Shown here: positions 22,330 through 32,167 of the stretch, one piece after another
Layout of the letters: every line of letters starts with the position of its first letter
Position numbering within the stretch: position 1 is the first letter of the stretch
Assembly: GCF_004010195.1 (NCBI RefSeq)
Contig: NW_025213565.1
Location: forward strand, 1,893 to 34,059
Length of the DNA: 32,167 bases
From: Chiloscyllium plagiosum
Lineage: Eukaryota
Direction: 5' to 3'
Program-made: the position numbers and the translations under genes
Notes under the pieces: generated by a model
What the model was told of the DNA's origin: nothing
Databases searched by the model: none
Seen by the model: only the letters and a program-made list of their open reading frames with translations

Positions 22330-22885
22330 TCTGGGAGATTGAAAAACACCAAGTGTAATACTACTGCTTAAAAAGAACGATAGGCATAAAACCGGTCACT
22401 ATAGTTGAGTAAGCTTAACTTCAGTAGTGGGTAAGTGCTTGAATCTATCAAGGAAAGAATAGAGAGAATACGTGACGAAATTCTTCGATTTGGCAGACAC
22501 ATCATGGGTTGATGAAAAGCAGGTCGTATTAAAATGAAACAGAACAATCCTTTGAGGGTATTACGAGTGCAGTGGACAACAGGAAAACGATGGATGTTGT
22601 GTACCTGGATTGCCAGAAAGCATTGGACAACTTGCTGCACAAAAGTTCGATGCAGAAGAATAATGCGCCTAACATTTTGCGTAATGTGATAGCATAGTTG
22701 ATGAATACATATCAAAGACTGGGAATAAAGCGATATTTTTCTGGTTGGCCATCGCTGGCTAGTGATGCGCTTCAGAGATCAGTATTGGGACTGCAATTGC
22801 TTGCATTTCAAGGAGATACCTTTAAGTTGGGGACCACGTGTGGCGTGTTAATGTTCGCAGCAGACACGAAGATGATCTCATCCAC
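22330..22885 (+). mobile_element. Old CR1 RT fragment
   Basis: SLTSVVGK, MDVVYLDCQKALD, LQRSVLGLQL, MFAADTK. Confidence 0.85.
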
Positions 22886-22929
22886 GATGCTGAGTGCATC
22901 ATAGAGGTGAGTTTTAATCAGCTGGCCAA

Positions 22930-24020
22930 ACGGAAGGTGCAGTTCGAGAGTACCTGCGTGACCACGAGTAAAATCAAAAGGGTGGCAAACAGCGAGTGCA
23001 GAAATCCCGTGTGGTCATTACCCTCGAAATCGAGTATTCCGCTTTGGATAATGCGGGGGAGATATCCATTCAGGGGATAGCAGCAATTGCCAGGTCAGTG
23101 GCACGATGACGAGATCTGGGGCACAGTGGTTAACGGAAAAGTTTAGCAGGCCATTAGTCATAAGAGACTCTGTAGTTTGTGGGAGAGAATGGAGATGTTG
23201 TGGTCGCAGACACGAACCAAGGATGCCTCTCAGGTGCCAGTGTCCATCCAGCTGCTGCAGAACATTCTCATTTGGCACGGTGAGCAGCCAGACGTCATTA
23301 TGCAAGTTTGCACAAATGACATAGATTATTTTCTGAAGGCGTTAAACTGAAGTGGCAAGGGTTGGGAACCTGAGCTACGGATCAGATGATAGTGAATAGC
23401 CTGACAGAGCGCGTGGAGTGACTGTGAAAAGCGACAGGCACTTGATAGGACAAAGGTGTGGTCACTATGATGGATTCAAGTGTGTCTTTTTTAATGTCAA
23501 ATTATCAGGAATCAGGGTGATGAAGTCAAAGCATGGATCAGTACTATGAACTGTGATTTCGTGACCATTACAGAAACTTGGTTATCACAGGAGTCGTAAT
23601 AGTTCTTGGATGTTGCAGAGTTTAAATCTTTCAAATAGAATGGGGATGGGGTAGCTATACGAGATTTAGGAGTGGTATTGCTAATCCGGGGAAGTCTTAC
23701 ACCTTCAGAAAAGGGGATATGCGACGTGGATTGCTCTGCAGAAGCAGTAATGGGGTAAATTATATCCAGTCAATTTAGTGGGAGCTTCCTACAGTTCGGC
23801 TAACAGGAACAGAGCACGAATGAGCAGATTTGGAAGCAGAGTATGGACAGGTGCAGAAGTAGCAATGTTGTTGTTATGTGCGATCTTACGTTCCTCATAT
23901 TGATCCGAACATAGTTTGTTAAAGTATTTTGGATGGAGCCGTTTGTGTCAGGTGTGTCCAGGAAGGATTTCTGACAGAGTATGGGACAGGTCGAACACTA
24001 TGGGGTCCTTATTTGATTTG
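22930..24020 (+). mobile_element. Old CR1 5' fragment: ORF1 SGNH esterase remnant + ORF2 APE endonuclease start
   Basis: LVIRDSVV..CCGRRHEPRM..LQNIL..GEQPDVIMQVCTNDI (cf. VIGDS..VHIGTND); then FKCVFFN..GDEVKAWIST..DFVTITETWL and VVVMCDLTF. Confidence 0.82.
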
Positions 24021-24026
24021 CTTCTG

Positions 24027-24257
24027 GCACCCATACCCCTACATTTGCCCCTTACCTAACACTACGGGAAATTTAGCATGGCCAATTCACCTGACCTGCA
24101 CATCTTTTGGATAGTGGGAGGACACCGGAGCACCCGGAGGAAACCCACGCAGACACGGGGAGAACGTGCAAACTCCACACAGTCAGTCGCCTGAGGCGGG
24201 AACTGAACCCGGGCTCAGGCGCTGTGAGGCAGCAGTGCTAACCACTGTGCCACCGTG
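24027..24257 (-). mobile_element. Young V-SINE (HE1-like), 3'-truncated
   Basis: Minus strand A box TGGCACAGTGG, B box GGTTCAGTTCCC, V domain GGGTTTCCTCCGGGTGCTCCGGTGTCCTCCCAC. Confidence 0.93.
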
Positions 24258-24728
24258 AAGAGGAGATTAACTGGGAGGTTGCTTGGTATAGAACGAAGGT
24301 CTTACAATAAAAGGTTAAGGGTTTTTAAGCCTTTTTTCTTTAGCAAGAGAAATGATGAGAGATGATTTAATAGAGACATATAAGATTACCAGAGGATTAC
24401 GTAGGGAGAACAGTGACAGTCATGTTCCTTGGATGGTGGTGGCTCGCACGAGTGCACATAGCTTGAAGTTGAGGTGCAATCGATTTCGGACATATGGTAG
24501 ACGTAGGTCCTTTACTCAGAGAAGTAAGTTTATGTAACGTAATGCCTGCAACAGTAGTAGCCTCGCCAACTTTAGCGGCATAAATGGTCATCAGATAAAC
24601 AAGTGGATGTTAATAGAATAGTGAAGAATAGATGAGGTTTAGATTATTTGCATATTTTGGTGTAACATCGATTAGCCAAAGGACCTGTACTGCACTGTAA
24701 TACTTTTTGCTCCATGTTCTATGTTCTA
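24258..24728 (+). mobile_element. CR1 3' end
   Basis: MRDDLIETYKITRG..HSLKLRCNRFRT..FTQR, with a 3' UTR ending (ATGTTCT)2. Confidence 0.88.
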
Positions 24729-25164
24729 TTGCTTTAAACAATAAGCCCTCGATAGCAATCTGTCCACTGATATTCATCAAAAGTATGATGGTTGAATAAA
24801 AATTTGCTGTTGTTAAGCAGGTGCAGAAATCAATCGCCATGTTAAAACATTGAGCATGTTGAATTGAAAAGAAGATTTAACTGGGTAAGGACAGAGGTTT
24901 GTGGAGGGACACTTGCACTTTTGAAGAGATGGGTTCAAAGCATGTCCTTTTAAACAAATCTTATACATAGCATAAAACATTTAGTCATTCACGCTTAATG
25001 GACAGATGAGCACCACCACCAACATCCCCATCACCCTTTTAAATTTGCTGTCCGATAAATCACTTCGCTTCTTGGAGGACACAGTCACTGCCCTCTCATC
25101 ACTCGTTTTAAAGTTTTTGCCTTCTCTATGTTTGTCCATTTTGGCGTGTGTCACTCTGAGATAT

Positions 25165-27400
25165 AGATTCAAAGAGCCATCGAGTCGTACAACATGGAGA
25201 CAGGCCCTTTGGCCCATACTGATCTATGCCAAACAAAATATCCCAACATGCTCACTCCAATTCCATGCACTTGACCTGTATCCTCCGAAATCTTTTCACT
25301 CCATATATTTGTTCAAATACACTATAAATGTTGTTAATGTACTCACCCTAGAACCTCCGCTGGCAGATCATTGAATATGCAAAAATGTTGACTTTCAGAT
25401 TTCCTTTTATTTATTCACCTCTAGATTTAATCTGATGCCCTCTCGTCCCGATTCCCCAACTCTGTGGAAAAGCCTCAGTTTATTCAAACTATCAATGGTC
25501 GCAATGATCTTATACACTTTTATAAGATCTCCCATCAGTCTCCCATATTCTAAAGAAAAAAACCCTAGCTTTTCCAATCTCACCCTCTAACTCAGACACT
25601 TGAGTCCTGGCAACATGCTTTTCAATTTCGTTGGCACTCTTTCCAAATTAATAAAATCTTTCTTCCAACAAACGTGATCAAACCTGAATGCACTACTCCA
25701 GCTGCGGACTCACAAACGTCCTTGCAACATAACTTCCAAACTTCTGTGCTTAATTCCCTGATTGATGAAAGGCAGCCCTGTCTACCTGTTACTCCAGCTT
25801 CAAGAAACTGTACAACTGAACTCCATGATCCCTCTGTTTCATTACACCACCTTTGCCCCTACCATTAACCATGAAAGTGGTGAATGGTAGGGCCATGATT
25901 TGAATTTCCAAAATGCAACATTTCACACAAATCTATATTAACCTCCATTTTGCATTTCTCAGCAGAGCGTTTTGTTACAATTTCTGATAACCTCCCAGAC
26001 TTCTAACTGTACAGCCTAATTTAATGCAATCTGCAACATATTAAACAGGCCTTGCACATTTACATCCTAATCATTAACGTAGATAACAAACAGCAATGTT
26101 CAGCACCGACTGCTGGGGTACTTCAATCGTCACATGCCCCCAGGCCAGCAAGCATCCTTCTACTATTATACTCTGCTTCCTACTAACAAGCCAATTGTGC
26201 ATCCAATCTGCCAGCTCCTCTGGATTACAACCATCTAAGGTTCAGAGCAGCTTCCGTAAGAAATCCATACAGACTTCCTCTACCACCCTACCGACGTCAA
26301 CCTTCCTGGTTACTTTATCAAAAAAACTCTAACAAATTTGTGAAGTATAATGTCGCAAGTACAAAGCCATGCTGACGTTTTCTAACCAAACGGTGTCATT
26401 CGAAATGCATGTTAGTCTTATCTCAGAATGCTCTCCAGTAACTTACTGAACACACATGTTAGGCTTACTGGTTTAATGTATCCCGGATTTATCTTTGCAG
26501 CCCTTCTTGAATAATTGCACAACATTCGGCAGCTTTCACTCGTGTTAATCCTCACCAGTGGCTAAAAATATTGCACAAAATATCGTCTCGGTCCCCCACA
26601 ATTTTTTTCTGTCGCATGTTGCAAGTGTTCTTGGAAAAAATGTGCTCAGGAGCAGGACATATATCCACCTTCAGGCATCCAACACTTCCTCTACTGGGGT
26701 ATGGACTGTCACTTAGCTAAGACCACTAACTTCCCAAAGTTTAAAAATCTTCACGTCTGTGTGCATGGTCAGCACAGAGGAGAAACGGTCATGAGGATCT
26801 CGCCAACCTCCTCTACTCCGACACATACACGTCTAGATCGGTTCTGGAGGTGTCATATTCTATCTGTAGATAATCTTTTTTCCTTTAATATGCGTTTAGC
26901 TTCTCTATTGATTCACCCTAATCTTCTCAGCCAAAGATATTTGGTGACCGTTTTCGCGCTCTTGAGTTCTTTCTTCAGTAAATTCGAGTGACACGTATAT
27001 ACCTCCAGTGATTTCCTTGATTCCAGCTGCATGTCCCTGAGCCATACTTCCTTCCTTTGTTCTCTGCAAAGCCTCAAAATGTCCTGTTGTCCACGGTTTC
27101 ATATTGCTCTGAAAGTTGCCTTTTCGCCTCACAGCAAATATATATCCCGTGAACTCTTACTATCTCCCACTTGGCGGCTGTCCTTTTGTCTGTATATAAA
27201 CTTCTCCAATCAATGCTTGCAAGAGCTTGTCTAATTTCTTTGAAAAATGCATTGCCCCAGTTCAGAACTTGAATGTGTGGACCAATTTTATACGTGTTCA
27301 TAAATATTTTAAAATTAATAGAACTGGTCACGGGTCACAAACTGCCTCAGCAATATCTCCTCCCTCACCTCTCCAGCTCTACTTCCCAAGGGTATGACGA
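25165..27400 (-). mobile_element. Old CR1 LINE, long decayed ORF2 fragment with 3' UTR
   Basis: 3' UTR motif ggagacaggccctttggccc at ~25195; minus strand VPQQSVLN..LFVIYVND (~26075-26120), QHGF (~26365), LNWGNAFFKEIRQ.LASIDW (~27210-27265). Confidence 0.82.
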
Positions 27401-27464
27401 GAAGGGTACGTTAGGATGTCAGTCATGCCCCTCCCTTGGATCATTTTTTTCTGATATTATCAAT

Positions 27465-28556
27465 GAACAATAGCATACTACAGCACAGAGATACGCCCTT
27501 TGTCCCAAACTGTTCCTAGACGACCACATCATCCATGCACACTAACTCCATTTCCCTGCACTTATCCCATGACCTTTAAATCCTTTCCTGTCCGGGAATG
27601 CATCAAAATGCCTTTTTAATGTTGTTAATGCATCATCTTTAACCACTTCCGCTGGCAGGTGATTCTATATTTGTACAATCGTCTAGGAGAATGCCATGCC
27701 TCTTAGATTTCCTTATATTCTTTCCCCCTAACATCATCTTTAACCACTTCCGCTGGCAGGTGATTCTATATTTGTACAATCGTCTAGGAGAATGCCATGC
27801 CTCTTAGATTTCCTTATATTCTTTCCCCCTAACCTTACTCTAATGCTGTCTGGTCCTCGACTCCCGAAACTGGGAAAACTAATGAGTGTATTCAATGTAT
27901 CTGTGCCTCTCATCATATTAAGCACTTCTATCAAGTCCACCCTCAGTATCAAACGCTAAACAAATCCTGCCTTTTCCAACCTCCTCTCTATAACTCAGAT
28001 CCTTGAGCTACAGATACATCATTTTCAATTTCTCCTACACTATTTCTGGTTAAATAACATCGTTCCGCTCGCAAATTGATCATAACTGACAACATTATTC
28101 CAATTGTGGTCTCACTAAACTCCTGTACAATTGCAACATAACTTCGCAACTTCAGAACTCAATGCCATGTCTGATGAGGTCTAGTCTGCCAAATGCCTTC
28201 TTCACTGCCCTGTGTATCTATGACTCCCATTTCAGAGAACTGTGACGCTGTTCTCCAAGATCCCTCTGTTCCACTACGCTCCTTAAGGCCCAACCATTCA
28301 CCATGAAACTCCAAACTTGATTTGACTTTCCAAAATGCAACACTCGCACTTGTCTATATGAACTCCAATTTAAATGATAACGCCAAATTTAGTGTCATCA
28401 GCAACCTTACTCATCATGCCTTGTACATTAACATCCAAATCAGTGCTGTAGAAGACAAACAGTAATAGGTCAAACATCGTAATCAGAGGTACTGAACTTG
28501 TCACAGGCCTCCAGTCCGACAAGCATCCTTCCAGCATTACCCTCTGCTACTTACCA
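27465..28556 (-). mobile_element. Old CR1 3' fragment running into the gap
   Basis: LRVDLIEVLNMMRG; MMSKVADDTKFG (~28385-28420); CR1 3' UTR at ~27470-27515. Confidence 0.85.
27631..27832. repeat. Perfect 101-bp tandem duplication
   Basis: 27631-27731 is identical to 27732-27832 (CATCATCTTTAACC..TTCCCCCTAA). Confidence 0.97.
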
Positions 28557-29395
28557 NNNNNNNNNNNNNNNNNNNNNNNNNNNNNNNNNNNNNNNNNNNN
28601 NNNNNNNNNNNNNNNNNNNNNNNNNNNNNNNNNNNNNNNNNNNNNNNNNNNNNNNNNNNNNNNNNNNNNNNNNNNNNNNNNNNNNNNNNNNNNNNNNNNN
28701 NNNNNNNNNNNNNNNNNNNNNNNNNNNNNNNNNNNNNNNNNNNNNNNNNNNNNNNNNNNNNNNNNNNNNNNNNNNNNNNNNNNNNNNNNNNNNNNNNNNN
28801 NNNNNNNNNNNNNNNNNNNNNNNNNNNNNNNNNNNNNNNNNNNNNNNNNNNNNNNNNNNNNNNNNNNNNNNNNNNNNNNNNNNNNNNNNNNNNNNNNNNN
28901 NNNNNNNNNNNNNNNNNNNNNNNNNNNNNNNNNNNNNNNNNNNNNNNNNNNNNNNNNNNNNNNNNNNNNNNNNNNNNNNNNNNNNNNNNNNNNNNNNNNN
29001 NNNNNNNNNNNNNNNNNNNNNNNNNNNNNNNNNNNNNNNNNNNNNNNNNNNNNNNNNNNNNNNNNNNNNNNNNNNNNNNNNNNNNNNNNNNNNNNNNNNN
29101 NNNNNNNNNNNNNNNNNNNNNNNNNNNNNNNNNNNNNNNNNNNNNNNNNNNNNNNNNNNNNNNNNNNNNNNNNNNNNNNNNNNNNNNNNNNNNNNNNNNN
29201 NNNNNNNNNNNNNNNNNNNNNNNNNNNNNNNNNNNNNNNNNNNNNNNNNNNNNNNNNNNNNNNNNNNNNNNNNNNNNNNNNNNNNNNNNNNNNNNNNNNN
29301 NNNNNNNNNNNNNNNNNNNNNNNNNNNNNNNNNNNNNNNNNNNNNNNNNNNNNNNNNNNNNNNNNNNNNNNNNNNNNNNNNNNNNNNNNNNNNNN
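28557..29395. other. Assembly gap (839 N)
   Basis: Run of N. Confidence 1.
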
Positions 29396-30040
29396 AAAGA
29401 CTTGCATATCCTTGGTGGAGTGGGAGGGTGAATTGAAATGTTGAGCTACAGGGTGGTTGGGTTGGTTGGTCCGGGTGTCCCAGAGGTGTTCTCTGAAGCG
29501 CTCTGCAAGTAGCCGGCCTGTCTCCCCAATATAGAGGAGGCCACATCGGGTGCAGAGGATGCAGTAGATGATGTGTGTGGAGGTGCAGGTGAATCTGTGG
29601 CGGATATGGAAGTTTCCTTTGGGGCCTTGGGGGGAGGTGTGGGCGCAAGTCTTGCACCTCCTGCGGTTGCAGGGGAGGGTGCCGGGAGTGGAGGTTGGGT
29701 TGGTGGGGGGTGTGGGTCTGACGAGGGAGTCACGGAGGGAGTGGTCTTTACGGAATGCTGTTAGGGGAGGGGAGGGAAATATATCCTTGGTGGTGGGGTC
29801 CGTTTGGAGGTGGCGGAAATGACGGCGGATGATGCGCTGTACATGGAGGTTAGTGGGGTGGTAGGTGAGGACCAGTGGGGTTCTGTCCTGGTGGCGGTTG
29901 GAGGGGCGGGGTTCAAGGGCGGAGGATCGGGAAGTGGAAGAGATGCGGTGGAGGGCATCGTCGATCACGTCGGGGGGGAAATTGCGGTCCTTGAAGAAGG
30001 AGGCCATCTGGGATGTGCGTTTTTGGAACTGGTCCTCCAA
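29396..30040 (-). mobile_element. Penelope-like element (Neptune-type), 5'-truncated: RT thumb/linker + Cys-rich motif + GIY-YIG
   Basis: Open frame ..RTPLVLTYHP..PCNRRRCKTC..FTCTSTHIIYCILCTRCGLLYIGETGRLLAERFREH..PVAQHFN. Confidence 0.93.
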
Positions 30041-30049
30041 AGTTAATGC

Positions 30050-30736
30050 GTAAAGTTAATGCAGTTACAAAGTCTGATTCGTACCCAATTCCATGTTTGG
30101 AAGGCGGTGTTGAAAATGTGGGAGAAGTGACTTATATTTCTAAGTTCTACTTGCTCAGTGGATGTTGGCAGGAACCTGTGTCCAAAAGAGTGAAGAGTTT
30201 TGTAACAGCAAATGGACTGTCCCAACTTAAAGTCATGCCATTTGGTATGAAAAATGCGCCAGCCACATTTCGAAGACTTGTCAATAAGGTCATTCCCGGA
30301 AGACCCAATGGTGTAGTTTATATTGATGACCTGGTGATTTTTACTCGCACATGGAAGGAACATTTGCAACATTAATTAGAATTGTTTGATCGACTTTGGG
30401 AGGTAGGCTTAGTGATTAATCTTGTTAAAAGTGAATTTGCCAAAGCCCAAGTCACTTTCCTGGTCCATGTTATTGAACATGGACAAACGACCCCATGGAA
30501 TGCAAAAACAAAGATAATTGGGGAGTTTCCCATGCCATCCACAAAAAGAGCAGGACTACGATTCTTGGGATTGTGTGGATTTTATCGGTAATTCATACTA
30601 AAGTTTAGCAGTGTGGCTGCTCCTCTTACTGAACTGCTTAAGAAAGGCAAGTAGTTTCATTGGACAGCAGAAGGCATTTTATAGCCTGCAAGCTGTGTTA
30701 ACCACTGGCCCAGAGTTCGCCACACATAATTATGCA
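30050..30736 (+). mobile_element. Gypsy RT fragment, copy 1 (pseudogenised)
   Basis: RKVNAVTKSDSYPIP..VMPFGMKNAPATFRRL..YIDDLVIF..FLGLCGFYR..VAAPLTELLKK. Confidence 0.95.
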
Positions 30737-30749
30737 TTTTTCCTAAATT

Positions 30750-32167
30750 ATGCATGATTTAGGAAAAAACTGTTCCGATAAAGCAACCTCCCTCTCGACG
30801 TAACACTCTGAAGTTGGCACAGGTTCGAAACAAGATTGAGTGTATGTGCAAAGACAACATAATCAAAGTGAATTGCAGTGTCTGCAGCTCCCCCGTAGTA
30901 ATGGTGTCAAAACCACATGGTACCCAACAATTATGTGCAGAATATTGCCAAGACCATGCAGTTACAATGTCTGATTCATATCCAATTCTACGCTTGAAAG
31001 ACTGTGTTGAGAATGTGGGAGCAGAAACTAATATTTCCAAATTGGGCTTAATCTTAGGAGACTGGCAGGTACCATAATCTGAAACAGGGATTACAATTTC
31101 AGTTTTCGAAACACCAAATGGACTGTATCAGTTTAAAGTCATGCCATTTGGTATGAAAAATGTACCAACCACATTTCAAAGACTAAACAATAAAGTCATT
31201 TCTGGATTACCCAGTTGTGTTGAATACATCGATGACCTGGTTATTTTTATTCACACATGGGAGGAATATTTGCTGCATCTATCAGAATTATTTGATTGAC
31301 TTTGGAAAGTCGGCTTGGTGATAAAGCTGGCTAAGAGTGAATTCACCAAAACCCAAGTCACGTTCCTGGGCTATGTTATTGGACATGGACAGATGGACCC
31401 ACGGAATGTGACAAAAAAGGTTATTGGGGAGTTTCCATACCATCAGCGAAAAGAGCAGTACTATGATTACTGGGATTGAGTGGGCTTTATCGGAAATTTG
31501 TGCCAAATTTGACAGAGTGGCTGCTCCACTCACTGACTTTTTGAAGAAGTGCAGAAAATTGCAATGGACAGTAATCTGTCAGAAAGCATTTGACAGCCTG
31601 AAAGCTATGTTAATCACTGCCCCACTATTATCCACACCTAATTACGCAAAGACCTTCAAGGTGGTTATCGATGCAGATAATTGGGTGTCGGTGCTGTCCC
31701 CTTACAGGAAGATGACAAAAAGATGGAAAGACCTGTTGGGTATTTCTCCCAGAAATTGAATATTCATCAACAGAATTATTCCACAATTGAGAAGGAGACT
31801 TTGAGCTTGGTGTTTGTGTTACAATATTTCCACATCTATATTGCCAGTAATGTATCTGAGACAATTATATATACTCATTATAACCCATGAAAGTTTGTGG
31901 AGAAATTTAAGGACAAAATTCCAGACTGTTTAAATGGAGCTTATTACTGCAGCCATTCAATTTAAAAATTATACGCGTGGCAGGATAAGAAAATGTAATA
32001 GTCAACGTGTCGTCGAGACTTGGATGATGGAAAATGGAGGCGTTCGGTGGCAGAAGTGAACGGATTGCTTTAGAATGTAATCGTGAAGTTTTGCATGCAA
32101 CTAGTCAATGTAGTATATGTGTGTTGTGTCCTAACAGAGTAAGACTAAGGGGTTTAAAGTGAAGCCA
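30750..32167 (+). mobile_element. Gypsy RT + RNase H, copy 2; pol ends ~32028 and is followed by 3' UTR-like sequence
   Basis: VPIKQ..SSPVVMVSKP..SDSYPILRLKDC..VMPFGMKN.PTTFQR..YIDDLVIF..FKVVIDA..GVGAVPLQED..PVGYFSQKLNIHQQNYSTIEKE..WSLLLQPFNLKI..ENVIVNVSSR, then stop codons. Confidence 0.95.

Noticed and set aside
24190..24257. tRNA gene (A and B boxes)
   Set aside because: It is the tRNA-derived head of a V-SINE and continues directly into the V domain.
28498..29657. Long ORFs spanning the second gap
   Set aside because: Mostly N; only the Penelope frame at 29396-30040 is real.
30737..30768. Rho-independent terminator
   Set aside because: Eukaryotic context and an AT-rich stem; better explained as a rearrangement scar.

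Overview
Repeat-dominated vertebrate genomic DNA with two N gaps. It is most likely from a cartilaginous fish, inferred from HE1-like V-SINEs, many HER1-like CR1 LINE fragments and shark-type Penelope and Gypsy elements. I can support no intact host protein-coding gene, RNA gene or CRISPR array; nearly all tracked ORFs are transposon fragments or noise. Recognisable content: (i) Gmr1/SCAN-type Gypsy LTR-retrotransposon pieces at both ends, including an LTR, a tRNA-Pro PBS, gag-protease and an inverted RNase H at 1-3156, and two RT copies at 30050-32028; (ii) about 12 CR1 fragments of different ages; (iii) four V-SINEs; (iv) two GIY-YIG Penelope-like elements, one carrying a minimal hammerhead ribozyme; (v) a ~1.14-kb tandem duplication, a 26-bp minisatellite and a ~460-bp imperfect inverted repeat. 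The most intriguing and least certain observation concerns the short non-repeat islands between transposons. They repeatedly resemble heavily decayed, same-strand antigen-receptor (TCR/Ig) V gene segments, one followed by a 23-bp-spacer recombination signal with a perfect nonamer, which suggests a graveyard of V pseudogenes. A decayed ~0.9-kb orphan coding-like stretch at 6950-7870 remains unidentified. All homology calls are by-eye motif recognition, and boundaries of old repeats are approximate.
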